This document shows, piece after piece, positions 19,142 to 30,302 of a stretch of 64,000 nucleotides of DNA. Both the position numbers and the translations under genes were made by a program. The DNA is from an uncultured bacterium (lineage in GTDB: Bacteria; Chloroflexota; UBA5177; JANWHV01). Every line of letters begins with the position of its first letter. Position 1 is the first letter of the stretch. Under the pieces are notes generated by a model. The model was not told the DNA's origin, made no database searches, and was given only the letters and a program-made list of their open reading frames with translations. The DNA lies in assembly GCA_963827235.1 (NCBI GenBank), contig CAWHAE010000012.1, positions 1,408,001 through 1,472,000 on the forward strand. The letters are read 5' to 3'.

Positions 19142-20470
19142 ATGATGGAACACACAAGTCGGGCACGAACGTCTCGATGGCCTCGCTGGATCAGTCTGGT
19201 GGCGATCCTGGCCATGACTACCGGAGTCGCGGCGCAGCCCCAAGCGGTCAGCCATGCCGGTACCAGCAAGAGCTCGATCACCATCAACTTCCTGGAGAAG
19301 TGGCCTGAGCCGCAATACGCACCGTATTTCAAGCAGGTCGTGGCCGCCTATGAAAAGGCGAATCCCAACGTCACCATCAACATGCAGGCCGTGGGCGATC
19401 AGCCGTACAAGGACAAGATCCGTGTGCTCACCGCAGCCAACTCGCTGCCGGACATCTATTTCTCCTGGGCAGGCGACTTCACCAACAAGTTCGTCCGCGC
19501 CGGGCTGGCCGCCGATCTGACCAGCGCTTTCTACAAGAGCAACTGGCACACCATCGTCAGTCCTGCCCAGGCGAGCGTGTTTACCTATGACGGCAAGCTC
19601 TACGGCATCCCGATCGATCTCGATGCCAAGTTCTTCGTCTACAATACGACGATATTCGCCAAGTACCATCTGACGCCGCCGACGACGCTCTCTCAGCTGC
19701 TCAACATCTGCGGCGTGCTCAAGAAGGCCGGCGTCACACCCATTGCCTTCGGCAACCAGTACGGCTGGCCGGCGATTCACTACCTGACCACCCTGAACGC
19801 CGACTACGTGCCGCAGAGCACGCTGGCCCAGGACTACAATCCCAACACGGGCCAGTTCACCGATCCGGGGTATATCCAGGCCCTGGACACCTTCCAGCAG
19901 ATCAACGACCAGTGCCTCACGCAACACGCCAACGGCATCGCGCACGAGGCCGCACAGGCGCAGCTTCTGGCGGGCCGCGCCGCCATGCAGTATGTCGAGC
20001 TGGTCGAGTTCTCGGCATTCACGACCTCACAGGGCGCCCCGGCGTCCTTCGCCAACAACTGGAGCTTCTTCAAGTTCCCCGACATCCAGGACGCCAGGGG
20101 GGTCAAGGGCTACATCACGGGAGCGCCGGACGGCTTCCTGGTGTCGTCACACACCCAACACATGGCTCAGGTGATCGACTTCCTGAAATTCTTCACCAGC
20201 CCGGCCAACGGCCAGCTGATGGTCAAGATGCTGGGATGGGGCAGCCCGGTGATCGGGTCTGCCACGGCGCAGAATAGCTTCCCGCAGCTACGCCAGGGCA
20301 TCGATCAGCTCAATGCCGCCAAGGGCATGAACATCTGGCTCGACACCATCACGCAGGCGACCGTTGCCCAGGCCTATCTGGCAGGCGCGGAAGGCATGCT
20401 CGACGGCTCGATGACGCCCCAGGCGGTGATGAAATCCGTTCAGACCGCCGCGAAAGCCTTGCATAAGTAA
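19142..20470 (+). CDS. carbohydrate ABC transporter substrate-binding protein (probably fructosamines)
   Basis: Signal peptide; YEKANPNVTIN, LPDIYFSW, DGKLYGIP, FVYNTTIF, typical of CUT1 binding proteins; frl context. Confidence 0.9.
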   Translation: MMEHTSRARTSRWPRWISLVAILAMTTGVAAQPQAVSHAGTSKSSITINFLEKWPEPQYAPYFKQVVAAYEKANPNVTINMQAVGDQPYKDKIRVLTAANSLPDIYFSWAGDFTNKFVRAGLAADLTSAFYKSNWHTIVSPAQASVFTYDGKLYGIPIDLDAKFFVYNTTIFAKYHLTPPTTLSQLLNICGVLKKAGVTPIAFGNQYGWPAIHYLTTLNADYVPQSTLAQDYNPNTGQFTDPGYIQALDTFQQINDQCLTQHANGIAHEAAQAQLLAGRAAMQYVELVEFSAFTTSQGAPASFANNWSFFKFPDIQDARGVKGYITGAPDGFLVSSHTQHMAQVIDFLKFFTSPANGQLMVKMLGWGSPVIGSATAQNSFPQLRQGIDQLNAAKGMNIWLDTITQATVAQAYLAGAEGMLDGSMTPQAVMKSVQTAAKALHK

Positions 20471-20487
20471 GAGTACGAAGCAACCGG

Positions 20488-20512
20488 GGGTGGGCCGCAC
20501 GGCGGCCCACCC
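20488..20512 (+). terminator. intra-operon stem-loop after the binding-protein gene
   Basis: GGGTGGGCCGC-ACG-GCGGCCCACCC, a perfect 11-bp stem; typical position for an mRNA-stabilising or attenuating hairpin. Confidence 0.6.
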
Positions 20513-20538
20513 TCTGATCGCGGATCCGGGAGGGTTTC

Positions 20539-21432
20539 ATGCGCGGGCGGAACTCACTCGTGCCCTGGCTCTATTTGTCGCCGGCTCTGATTCTGGTCGT
20601 GGTATTTGTCTACTATCCGGTGATCGACAACTTCTGGCTCAGTCTGTTCAGCTGGAACGCCTTCTCGCCGCATGATACTTGGGTCGGGCTGGATAACTAC
20701 CGAAGTCTGGCCAGCGATTCCATCTTCTGGTCTGCTTTGCGCAACAACACGTACTTCGCTATCTGCTCGGTGGTCTTCCAGGTCGGCATTGGCCTCATCA
20801 TAGCGGCCGTGCTCGAGGAGACGCTCATTCACCGCTTTCGAGTCTTTTTCCGCACGGTCTACTTCATCCCTGCCGTCATCTCCATCACGGTGGTAGGCCT
20901 GCTCTTCCAGGAGCTTTACGACCCGCAGATCGGTCTGATCGACGGTATCTTCCAGGGTCTCGGCCACCCCGGCTGGTCCCATGCCTGGCTGGGCGAGGGC
21001 ATGACGGCCATGTGGGCCATCATCGCCATGTCGCAATGGCAGAACATCGGCTATATTTCGCTGCTCTTCATCGTGGCTATTCAGAAGATTCCCTCGGATC
21101 TCTATGAGGCCGCGGCCATCGACGGAGCCAGCCGAGTCGGCCGCTTCGTGCACGTTACGGTGCCGATGCTGCAGGAAATGACGGTGCTCGCCCTGATCAT
21201 TACCATTTCCGGCGCCTACATGGTCTTCAACGAGGTGACGGTCACCACCGCCGGCGGCCCGGACAACGCCTCCCAGGTCCTGGGAACGTGGATGTACCAG
21301 TCGGCATTTATGTACGACAAGATGGGTTACGCCGCCGCGATCGCCAGCGTCATCTTCCTCATCACCTTCACCATCGCGGCCGCGCAGTTGTGGCTGACAC
21401 GAAAGGGACGCGAGGCCGCGTCGCTCGCCTAG
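20539..21432 (+). CDS. carbohydrate ABC transporter permease
   Basis: WVGLDNY, FRTVYFIP, EAA loop LYEAAAIDGAS, MGYAAAIA. Confidence 0.93.
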   Translation: MRGRNSLVPWLYLSPALILVVVFVYYPVIDNFWLSLFSWNAFSPHDTWVGLDNYRSLASDSIFWSALRNNTYFAICSVVFQVGIGLIIAAVLEETLIHRFRVFFRTVYFIPAVISITVVGLLFQELYDPQIGLIDGIFQGLGHPGWSHAWLGEGMTAMWAIIAMSQWQNIGYISLLFIVAIQKIPSDLYEAAAIDGASRVGRFVHVTVPMLQEMTVLALIITISGAYMVFNEVTVTTAGGPDNASQVLGTWMYQSAFMYDKMGYAAAIASVIFLITFTIAAAQLWLTRKGREAASLA

Positions 21433-21455
21433 TCACCCGAATGAGGAGACACAGC

Positions 21456-22370
21456 ATGATGGACCCTGCCGCATACGGCCGTAGGAGGGTGTACAAGGCG
21501 AGCGCGAAGGGGACACGAACCGGCCGCGGCAGGGCTGGGATTCGGCAGTCCATCCTGAATAACGCGCCCAGAGTATGTGTGTACATTCTCCTCTGGGCGT
21601 TCGCCCTCGCGATCATCTATCCGCTTATCTGGATGATCTACGCCAGTCTGAAGACCAACGCCGAGCTGTTCGGCAACACCTGGGGCCTGCCCACCGATCC
21701 TCAGTGGTCGAACTGGTCCCTGGCCTGGAGCCAGGGCGTGGGCCAGTTCGTGCTGAACAGTGCCATCGTCACCGCCGGCTCAATCGTGGGCGTCGTGGTG
21801 GTCAGCGCGTGGGCAGCCTACGCCCTCTCCCGCTTCCGCTTCCCGCTGCGCGACGTAGTGTTCCTCCTGCTGATCGGCGGCATGATGCTCGCTCCGCAGG
21901 TAGCGCTCATCCCGTTGTTCCGTCTGCTCAACAATCTGCACCTCTACAACACCTATTGGGGACTGATCATCCTCTACGTCGCCTTCCGCATCCCCTTTAC
22001 CGTGTTCCTCATGCGGGCATATATGCTCGGTTTGCCGCATGAGATGGAGGAGTCCGCGGTGATCGACGGCGCGTCGCACTGGCAGATCTTCTGGTACGTC
22101 ATTCTGCCCTTGAGCAAGCCGATCATCATCTCGGCCGCCCTGCTGCAGGCCCTGTTCAGCTGGAACGAGTTCCTGTTTGCCCTGACCTTCTTGCAGGACC
22201 AGAGTCTCAAGACACTGCCAGTCGGCCTGCAGGACTTGCAGAGCCGGGTGCTGACCAATTGGCCCGTCCTCCTCTCCGGCATGAGCATTGCCGCGCTGCC
22301 CATGATCGTCCTCTTCATCAGCGCGCAAGGCCGCTTCGTGCGCGGCCTGGCCGAGGGCTGGGGAAAATGA
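21456..22370 (+). CDS. carbohydrate ABC transporter permease
   Basis: YPLIWMIYASLK, AAYALSRFRF, MEESAVIDGAS, WNEFL, TLPVGL; GAGGAG before ATG 21456. Confidence 0.93.
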   Translation: MMDPAAYGRRRVYKASAKGTRTGRGRAGIRQSILNNAPRVCVYILLWAFALAIIYPLIWMIYASLKTNAELFGNTWGLPTDPQWSNWSLAWSQGVGQFVLNSAIVTAGSIVGVVVVSAWAAYALSRFRFPLRDVVFLLLIGGMMLAPQVALIPLFRLLNNLHLYNTYWGLIILYVAFRIPFTVFLMRAYMLGLPHEMEESAVIDGASHWQIFWYVILPLSKPIIISAALLQALFSWNEFLFALTFLQDQSLKTLPVGLQDLQSRVLTNWPVLLSGMSIAALPMIVLFISAQGRFVRGLAEGWGK

Positions 22371-22876
22371 CGCGCACTCGCACGCTCCCACCGTGGTCTC
22401 TACTGTCTCACGCTGCCGAGGCTGCCGTCGATTCGCACGTCGTGTCCGGCGGACTCGCGCCCGGACGTCGCATGCGGCGCGCGGACACGGCGGGGGAACG
22501 CGGGGAATACCCAGGGGGCGGCGCGAGACGCGCCAGGCGCGCGCGACACCGCCGGTCCGCTCCGTGCAGTGCCGGGATCGGGCCGGAGATGATCAAGCCG
22601 GCCCGGTCCCGCCGCCACTGGCCGTAGGGTAGCCGTCACATAACGACCGCTGAGTAGCCGGGACCCGTGCGTCGCCTCATGAGGGCGACCAGGGTTCCGG
22701 CCGCGAGCGCGTGCCGCTATGGTCGTGCCCCCGTCGATCCCGAGCCCTGCACGCCCATGCCCTCCGAGGCGCGCCCGCGCATACCCGCGGCCGGCGAGTA
22801 CCGTCCCGCGACCGCAGTGGTCGGGGAGGATGGCGGGCCGCCGCGACCGAGCAGAAGGCAGGAGTAATCGACCATC

Positions 22877-23890
22877 ATGGGTTTCTTCTCTATTCCAAGG
22901 CGCCGGCATCTCGCGGCCACACTGCTGTTGCGCGGCCGGCCGGCTCTTCACTGGACGCCCGGCCGGGCGATGCTCGTGCTCGTTCTGGGCAATTTCATAT
23001 TTGCCGGCACGAACGTGGCGAGCAAAGACGCGATGCGCGTGCTCACACCCATCGAGCTGAACACCCTTCGTACCGCCATCGCGGCCATCGTGCTGTCTCC
23101 CGTACTGTGGACGGCAAGGCGAAGCATTCACGTCGGCATGCGGGATCTCTGGCAGCTTGCCCCGCTCTGCCTATCCAGCTTCGTGCTGAGCAAGATACTG
23201 GCCATCGCGGGACTCAATCTCACGACAGCGTCGGACGCCTCGCTCTTGATGGGCGCGGAGGTGCTGTTCACCTCGATCATGGCCTGGGTGTTCTTGAGGG
23301 AGGCGGTGCGGCGCCACGCGGTCGTGGGCCTGATTCTGGGAGCGATCGGCATCTACGTCGTCGTCACCGGCGGACTTGGCTGTTCCTCGGGAGGCAGCGG
23401 CACCCGGCTGGCCGGGGATCTGCTCGTCCTCGCCGGCATCCTGTGCGAAGCCGCCTTCAATATCCTCGGCAAGACGGCGGTGAAGCGGTGGCCGCCGCTG
23501 TTTCTCGTCGCGGCCTGCGTCGTGGGCAGCCTGATCTTCTGGATCCCCGCCGGCGCAGCCGACGTGGCAGTCTCCGGGCTGCCGCGGATGACCCCTGGTG
23601 CCTGGGCCGGCGTGCTCTACCTGGGAGTCGCAGCCACTGCCTTAGGTTATGTCATGTGGCTGATGCCGCTGCAGCATGTAGACGTAGGGAGCGCCGCGAT
23701 GACGCTTGCGCTGCAGCCGCTGCTCGGCACGGTGCTGGCCGACGTGCTGCTGGGCGAACACCCGGTGCTCTCCACGGTGGTCGGCGGCGCCTGCATCGTC
23801 ACGGCCATGCTGGTCGCCGGACGCGATACCGGCGTGCAGGCCGGTCATCGCACCCGACCTAGCGGAGCAATCGACGGTACCTTACCATGA
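22877..23890 (+). CDS. EamA/DMT-family transporter
   Basis: About 10 TM segments; GLNLTTASDASLL, AWVFLRE, GDLLVL, LQPLLG...LLGE; RBS AGGAG. Confidence 0.88.
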   Translation: MGFFSIPRRRHLAATLLLRGRPALHWTPGRAMLVLVLGNFIFAGTNVASKDAMRVLTPIELNTLRTAIAAIVLSPVLWTARRSIHVGMRDLWQLAPLCLSSFVLSKILAIAGLNLTTASDASLLMGAEVLFTSIMAWVFLREAVRRHAVVGLILGAIGIYVVVTGGLGCSSGGSGTRLAGDLLVLAGILCEAAFNILGKTAVKRWPPLFLVAACVVGSLIFWIPAGAADVAVSGLPRMTPGAWAGVLYLGVAATALGYVMWLMPLQHVDVGSAAMTLALQPLLGTVLADVLLGEHPVLSTVVGGACIVTAMLVAGRDTGVQAGHRTRPSGAIDGTLP

Positions 23891-24010
23891 GACGTGGGAA
23901 GCACCGGGGGCCTCCGGCCGCGGCAGGAGGGAAAGGCCGGGTCCGGCCGGGTGGATGGCAAGGGGCATCAACATATGCCGCTTGGTCTCGCGGGGAAAGG
24001 AAGTACAGCC

Positions 24011-24481
24011 ATGGATGCAGCGACGCGCCGGGATTTGATCGCGCAGTACAAGAACGGCTATCAGGAAGTGGTGGATGCCCTGCACGGACTCGGCGATGCC
24101 GAGCTCGACCGGAGACCGTCTCCCGCCGAATGGACGGCGCGCGAGATCGTCCACCACCTGGCCGACAGCGAGATGACCTCGGCGATTCGCCTGCGTCGTT
24201 TACTGGCCGAGGATCACCCCGTGATTCAGGCCTACGACGAGCAGGAGTTCGCGCGCAGGCTGCATTACGACCGGCCCACCGCCGCCTCGCTGGAAGCGCT
24301 CCGCGCCGCCCGCCTGAGCAGCGCCTCTCTGCTCGAATGCCTGACCGACGACGAGTGGCAGCGTGAAGGCACGCACAGCGACAGCGGGCGCTACACGGTG
24401 GAGGACTGGCTGACCATCTACGCGCGCCACGGTCACGACCACGCCGAGCAGATCCGGCGCGCCCTCGCCCCAAAGGGCTAG
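24011..24481 (+). CDS. DinB/YfiT-family metal-dependent protein (putative thiol S-transferase)
   Basis: WTAREIVHHLADSE, RLRRLLAEDHPVIQAYDE, HGHDHAEQI (His triad). Confidence 0.85.
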   Translation: MDAATRRDLIAQYKNGYQEVVDALHGLGDAELDRRPSPAEWTAREIVHHLADSEMTSAIRLRRLLAEDHPVIQAYDEQEFARRLHYDRPTAASLEALRAARLSSASLLECLTDDEWQREGTHSDSGRYTVEDWLTIYARHGHDHAEQIRRALAPKG

Positions 24482-24756
24482 CGCCGCTTCAAGCCGCCTG
24501 AAGGCAGACCACCCCGGCACCCACATTGACGGTGAGGTGGGGCGAAGGCGCACGGAATGCCCAAGGATTCACGAGAGTGTGGGCGAATCGTGGAGCCGGC
24601 AACGGCGCTACAGGTCCCGGTGTATTCGCCGGCAGGATCATTTGTCCCGGGCAGGCTCATCGCCCGGCCCAGCGCGGAGAGAGCTCCGCGCTGGGCCGGG
24701 ACCTCACCCTGGCCCGAGTATTGCTTGGCGGCGCAGAGCCTCCGCCAGCGCCGAGA

Positions 24757-26031
24757 CTACGCGAGCTCCAGGCACCACACCTTGCCGGATCCGGCCTCGG
24801 CGACAACGCCGCGCTCCGCGTGCATCTCGAAGCGGCCGAAATCGACGATGTAGAGCTTGTCGCCGTCGCCGCTGAAGCGCACGTCGATCGGCCGCGAGAG
24901 CGGGCCGGTCGCCACGTCGTGCAGGCTCCAGTCTCGCGGATCGACGCGCGCGATGCCACGGCCGACGCGCGGGCCAGCGGGCGCGGTCATCGGCGCCTCG
25001 TCGCCGAACAGGGCGACGAAGAGCTGGCCTGCCAATTCTCCTCTGCTCGCGGGCGCCACGTCGAACTTTACCGCGGCGACGTGCGGCGGGAAGCTCAGAA
25101 GGGCCGGCTCGGGAGGCGGCAGCTCGTCGTGGTTGCTCAGCACGAAGGCCGGCGCCGGCCCGCGCGTGGGCAGGAACCGCGGATCGGTGATCGGCACGTC
25201 GCCGATGAAGTCCGGCCAGCCGTACCAGGCACCCTGCCGGACCTCGAACAGCAGATCCGGGATATTGCCCACCGGGCGGCTGCCGCGGTCGTCCGCGCCT
25301 TGATCGACGGCCAGCAAGCGCCCGTCCGGCAGGAAACCGAATGCCCAGGCGTTGCGCAGACCCCAGGCCACCAGCTCGAGATCGCTCCCGTCAGGGTTGC
25401 AGCGCAGCATCGCCGACGTGCACGGCACCCGGCCCTCGATGCGCGTCCCTGCCTCCGAGCGAGTGCCAAAGGGAGCGAAGGCGCCCGTCCAGGTGCGCGC
25501 CCCTGGCGTAGCGGCGACCGGATCGGCGGTCTCGACGTTCACGCCGGCCAGCGTGATGCTATAGCCGGGAACGTCGTGCGCGTGCGGCAAACGCCGCAGC
25601 CAGCCCAGCTCGTAGGAGTCGAGCCCCACGATAGCCGTGTTGGTCATCGCACCCTGCGTGAAATACATCTTGCCGTCCGGACCGAAGGCCGTCATGTTCG
25701 TGTGATAATTGCCGGGACCGGGCAGGTCGTCCAGGATCGTGGTCAGACGGCCATCCATGTCGAGACGGCTGATTCGCCCGGGATGACCGCCCTCGGAGAC
25801 CCAGAGCGAGCCGGCGTGATACGTGAGTCCATTGATCGGCGGCCGCAGACCGTCGGCCAGCAGCGAGCGGGTCCCGCCGGGCGCCAGCCGCCAGATGCGC
25901 CCGCCGGGGGCGGCCCCGCCAAAAGGCAGCCCCGACTCGGCGACGTAGAGTATGCCGTCCGCATCGAGCGCCAGACTGGTTGGAAACGATAACTTATCGA
26001 CGACGAGATCGAGCGCACCGCTCGGCTGCAT
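24757..26031 (-). CDS. glucose/sorbosone dehydrogenase-like (PQQ-dependent sugar dehydrogenase family) beta-propeller
   Basis: LSFPTSLALD, AFGPDGKMYF, AWGLRNAWAFGF, GAWYGWPD, RPIDVRF; RBS AGGAGG. Confidence 0.8.
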   Translation of the reverse strand: MQPSGALDLVVDKLSFPTSLALDADGILYVAESGLPFGGAAPGGRIWRLAPGGTRSLLADGLRPPINGLTYHAGSLWVSEGGHPGRISRLDMDGRLTTILDDLPGPGNYHTNMTAFGPDGKMYFTQGAMTNTAIVGLDSYELGWLRRLPHAHDVPGYSITLAGVNVETADPVAATPGARTWTGAFAPFGTRSEAGTRIEGRVPCTSAMLRCNPDGSDLELVAWGLRNAWAFGFLPDGRLLAVDQGADDRGSRPVGNIPDLLFEVRQGAWYGWPDFIGDVPITDPRFLPTRGPAPAFVLSNHDELPPPEPALLSFPPHVAAVKFDVAPASRGELAGQLFVALFGDEAPMTAPAGPRVGRGIARVDPRDWSLHDVATGPLSRPIDVRFSGDGDKLYIVDFGRFEMHAERGVVAEAGSGKVWCLELA

Positions 26032-26120
26032 AGTCTTGTGTTCTCCTCCTACACAGCGCGGGGGCCCCGCGCAACGGCTCGAGAGTGACGGCGTCCCGTT
26101 TGATCGCGGACGAGCCAGGC

Positions 26121-26768
26121 TCAGCTCAACTGATGCTGAACGCTGGCCACGTCGTAGTAGAGTGACTCTCGCGTGATCTTGCCGTTCAGGCGCGTCACGA
26201 TGGTCATGCCCCGGACCTCTATCCGCCGCCCGGTCGCGGCGAAGCCGAGAAAGTCTCCCTGGTGCGTGCCGTGCAGAACCCATTCCGCTATCACCTGATC
26301 GCCATGCGCGAAGCGGTGCGTGACGTCGATCGTTGCGTTGCCGATACTGGTTATCTCGGCCAGCTTCCGCTGCGCGATCGCTGCCTTGCCGGTAATCGGC
26401 GCCTCGAACATCGGATCGTCCACGACCGCGTCGTCCGCGTAGTCGTCGAGGATCTGCTGCAAGAACTGCGCGCGCTGCGGGTCCAGCGATGAAGCCGTGA
26501 CCGGTCCGCCCAGGGTTGCACTGCCCTGCCGTTGCACGTGCACGTGGTGGAGCTTCTTGTTCTTATGCTGCTTGCCGGCATGCTTCTTCGTATCCGTCGT
26601 CGCGGGCAGGCGCGCTGCCTGGGCATCGGCCGTGGAGGACACCATCTCGATGCCCGTGCTGGACACGCCGACGCCTGCCAGCAGGGCAACAAAGCGACTG
26701 CGCGAGATCTCGTGCTGCTGGTAACGATGTACGAGCTGTTCGATCGGCTGATCGGTGGAAGTGTCCAT
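26121..26768 (-). CDS. SnoaL/NTF2-like (ester cyclase family) protein with an N-terminal Tat-like segment
   Basis: C-terminal YADDAVVDDP...GKAAI...GDQVIAEWVLHGTHQGDFLGFAATGRRIEVRG...NGKITRE..YYD; N-terminal ISRSRFVALLAGVG. Confidence 0.78.
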   Translation of the reverse strand: MDTSTDQPIEQLVHRYQQHEISRSRFVALLAGVGVSSTGIEMVSSTADAQAARLPATTDTKKHAGKQHKNKKLHHVHVQRQGSATLGGPVTASSLDPQRAQFLQQILDDYADDAVVDDPMFEAPITGKAAIAQRKLAEITSIGNATIDVTHRFAHGDQVIAEWVLHGTHQGDFLGFAATGRRIEVRGMTIVTRLNGKITRESLYYDVASVQHQLS

Positions 26769-26913
26769 AGTACAATCTCCCTGCCTGCTTTGCATAGCCA
26801 TTACTATGATGCCATGCTCTGCCGCAACATGCGACGCGCAGCCGCCTCCGGAAACGCAGGTTAGGCGGAGGCGCGGATCTTGCACAACAGTGCAATCGGG
26901 ACGTGGCTTGCGC

Positions 26914-27906
<993 letters not shown>

Positions 27907-28017
27907 GTCACTCCACCCAATCTAGCCCCTGAGGCCACCCTGCGCTGCTGCATACCGAAGGCGGGGCCTACATGCCTTCAGTATGCAGCAGCGCCGGCTT
28001 GAGATGGACGACTTCCT

Positions 28018-29106
28018 TCAGTCCGCGGAGTCCCAGCGGAACGTGCGGGTCGCTACTGCAAACCCTACCACCGCGGTAATTGCCAGCACGCCGAAGTCCG
28101 TGCCGATGGAGTCGAGGCTGTTGCCCTTCTCCATCACGTCGCGCAGTCCATTCACCAGGTAGGTGAGCGGAAGCACGTTGACGATCGGCTTCAGCCAGCC
28201 GGGCGCTCCAGACAGCGGGAAGTAGACACCGCTGAGGAACATCATAGGCATAGTCAAGAGGTTACCGATCGCGCTGGCCGCCTCTTCCGTGGCCGCGAGG
28301 CCGGAGACCGCGAAGCCGATGGTCAGAAAAGCCAGTCCGCCGACCAGGCTGAGCAGGACGACGGAGGTCAGGCCGCCCTGGATGTGCACGCCAAAGAGCA
28401 CGGTTGCGGACAGGAGCAGCACGGCGATCTGCGCCAGCACGACGATGAGCTGGCTGACCACGTTGGACAGCACAAACTCCCAGGCGCGCATGGGAGTGGC
28501 GCGCAGGCGCTTCAGGATACGCTTCTCACGATAGCCGACCATGCGCGAGGCAATGCCGATGATCCCTGCGGTCATGATCGAGAAGCCCAGCACTCCCGGC
28601 GCCAGGAAGTCGATGTAGCGCGTGCTGACCGAGGCAATGCCTTCCTGATGCAGGACGATCTGCGGTAACAGGTGCGATTGGCGCTCAATGAGCTGCTCGT
28701 TGACACCCTGTACCACCTGGCTGACCAGCGAGACGGTGGCGTCGGACTGGCTGAGATTGGTCTGGTCATAGTACAGCGTGACCTGGACCGGCTGCCCGGG
28801 AGCGGTCGGGGTATCCGGTACTGCCACGACCGCGTCGCGATCGCCCTTCTTGAGCGCGGCGCGCTCAGCGGACTCGGTCCCGGTCTTGAGCGTGATGCCG
28901 TGAATTGCCTGCAGTTGTTCGGTGATCAGCGCGGCGACCGGACCCTTGCCCGTGACGCCGATCGTGGCGCCAAAGCTATTGTTATTCAGGACAAGCCCAA
29001 TCAAGGTCATGAGGATGAGGGGGAACGCGAGATTCCAAAACAACGCCTGGCGGGCCCGGAACGTCATTTTGACGTTGGCCACGGTCATGCTAGCTAAGCG
29101 GCTCAT
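28018..29106 (-). CDS. ABC-2 type exporter permease
   Basis: LFWNLAFP, YIDFLAPG, REKRILKRLRATP, MMFLSGVYFP, LPLTY. Confidence 0.92.
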   Translation of the reverse strand: MSRLASMTVANVKMTFRARQALFWNLAFPLILMTLIGLVLNNNSFGATIGVTGKGPVAALITEQLQAIHGITLKTGTESAERAALKKGDRDAVVAVPDTPTAPGQPVQVTLYYDQTNLSQSDATVSLVSQVVQGVNEQLIERQSHLLPQIVLHQEGIASVSTRYIDFLAPGVLGFSIMTAGIIGIASRMVGYREKRILKRLRATPMRAWEFVLSNVVSQLIVVLAQIAVLLLSATVLFGVHIQGGLTSVVLLSLVGGLAFLTIGFAVSGLAATEEAASAIGNLLTMPMMFLSGVYFPLSGAPGWLKPIVNVLPLTYLVNGLRDVMEKGNSLDSIGTDFGVLAITAVVGFAVATRTFRWDSAD

Positions 29107-30068
29107 GCGCGGAGCTTCCTCCCTGTCAGGTGAATGAACACGTCCTCGAGATTGCCGCCGCGCACCTGCAAATTACTCAGCTCCAGGCCGAGCTCGGTAG
29201 CCATATGCAGCAGCCCACCCAGGGTCTCCTGCGGCTCGTCGGTGTGGATCTCGAAGCCATCGTCGTCCAAGCGGGCGTCTACCACGCCGGGCAGGGCCTC
29301 CATGCGCGTGAGCGGAAGCGGTCTGGCGGTCGAGCCGCTGATCACGGGCCGCAGGTCGAGGCCGGCGATCAGGCCGCGTGGGGTATCCAGGGCCAGGATC
29401 TCGCCATGGTCCATGATTGCCACCCGGTCGCAGAGGGTCTCTGCTTCTTCCATGTAGTGAGTGGTCAGAACCACGGTCTGGCCGTGGGCATTGATCTGCT
29501 GCACGAGCTCCCAGAGGTTCCGCCGCGCCTGGGGATCGAGGCCGGTGGTCGGCTCGTCGAGGAAGATGACCTGCGGCCTGTTCACGAGCGTGAGCGCGAT
29601 CGAGAGGCGCTGCTGCTGGCCGCCCGACAGCTCGCGCACGTAGCTGTTCCGCTTTTCGCTCAGGTTCACCGTGGCGAGCAAGTCCTCGAGCTCGGCATCG
29701 GTCATGCCGTGTGCATAGAACGAGGCGAAGAGGCGCAGGATCTCGAAGTTCTTGAGGTGAATGAACAGCGCGGTGCTCTGAAGCTGGACGCCGATGATCT
29801 CTTTGAGCAGCGCGGGCTGGCGGACGGCGTCGATGCCGGAAACGTCGATCGAGCCGGCATCCGGCCGCCGCAGTCCTTCGATCATCTCCAGGGTGGTAGT
29901 CTTCCCGGCCCCGTTCGGGCCCAGGATGCCGAAGACCTCGCCGCGCCGGATCTCGAGGTCCACGTGTTTGACGGCAACGACCTTGCCGTATGCCTTGTGG
30001 AGTCCGTTGATGGCGATGACCGCCTGACCGGTCTCCACGCTAGTCGCTGAGGTAGCCAACGAAAGCAC
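29103..30068 (-). CDS. ABC-2 type exporter ATP-binding protein
   Basis: Walker A GPNGAGKTT, signature LSGGQQQR, Walker B IFLDEPT, H-loop TTHYMEEA. Confidence 0.95.
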   Translation of the reverse strand: MLSLATSATSVETGQAVIAINGLHKAYGKVVAVKHVDLEIRRGEVFGILGPNGAGKTTTLEMIEGLRRPDAGSIDVSGIDAVRQPALLKEIIGVQLQSTALFIHLKNFEILRLFASFYAHGMTDAELEDLLATVNLSEKRNSYVRELSGGQQQRLSIALTLVNRPQVIFLDEPTTGLDPQARRNLWELVQQINAHGQTVVLTTHYMEEAETLCDRVAIMDHGEILALDTPRGLIAGLDLRPVISGSTARPLPLTRMEALPGVVDARLDDDGFEIHTDEPQETLGGLLHMATELGLELSNLQVRGGNLEDVFIHLTGRKLRA

Positions 30069-30302
30069 TCCTTTGCTGACCGCACGCCGTGCCGTGTCGA
30101 TTTATGCCTGTTGCCCGGCACCGCGTCTCGATTCCAGAGTACGTGAGTGCGCGTCATGGCAAGGAGTGCGGAAAGTCATGGTCCGGCACGTCACGTTCGG
30201 CCGGCTGAGAGCGCAGGGGCGATGGTCGTCTCGACGCCGGCGGCCAGAGCGATGTCGTCGCCAACACCACGACGCTTGGTTCTCCAACGTAACCGTTGCG
30301 AA

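Noticed and set aside
22650-22705. Possible ykkC (guanidine-I) or TPP riboswitch, from AGGGTTCCG and GCTGAG...GACCCG
   Set aside because: The downstream conserved elements (AAAAGCCCGGGAG for ykkC; GAACCTGA...AATxCCxGCGxAGGGA for TPP) are absent; kept only as an unclassified structure.
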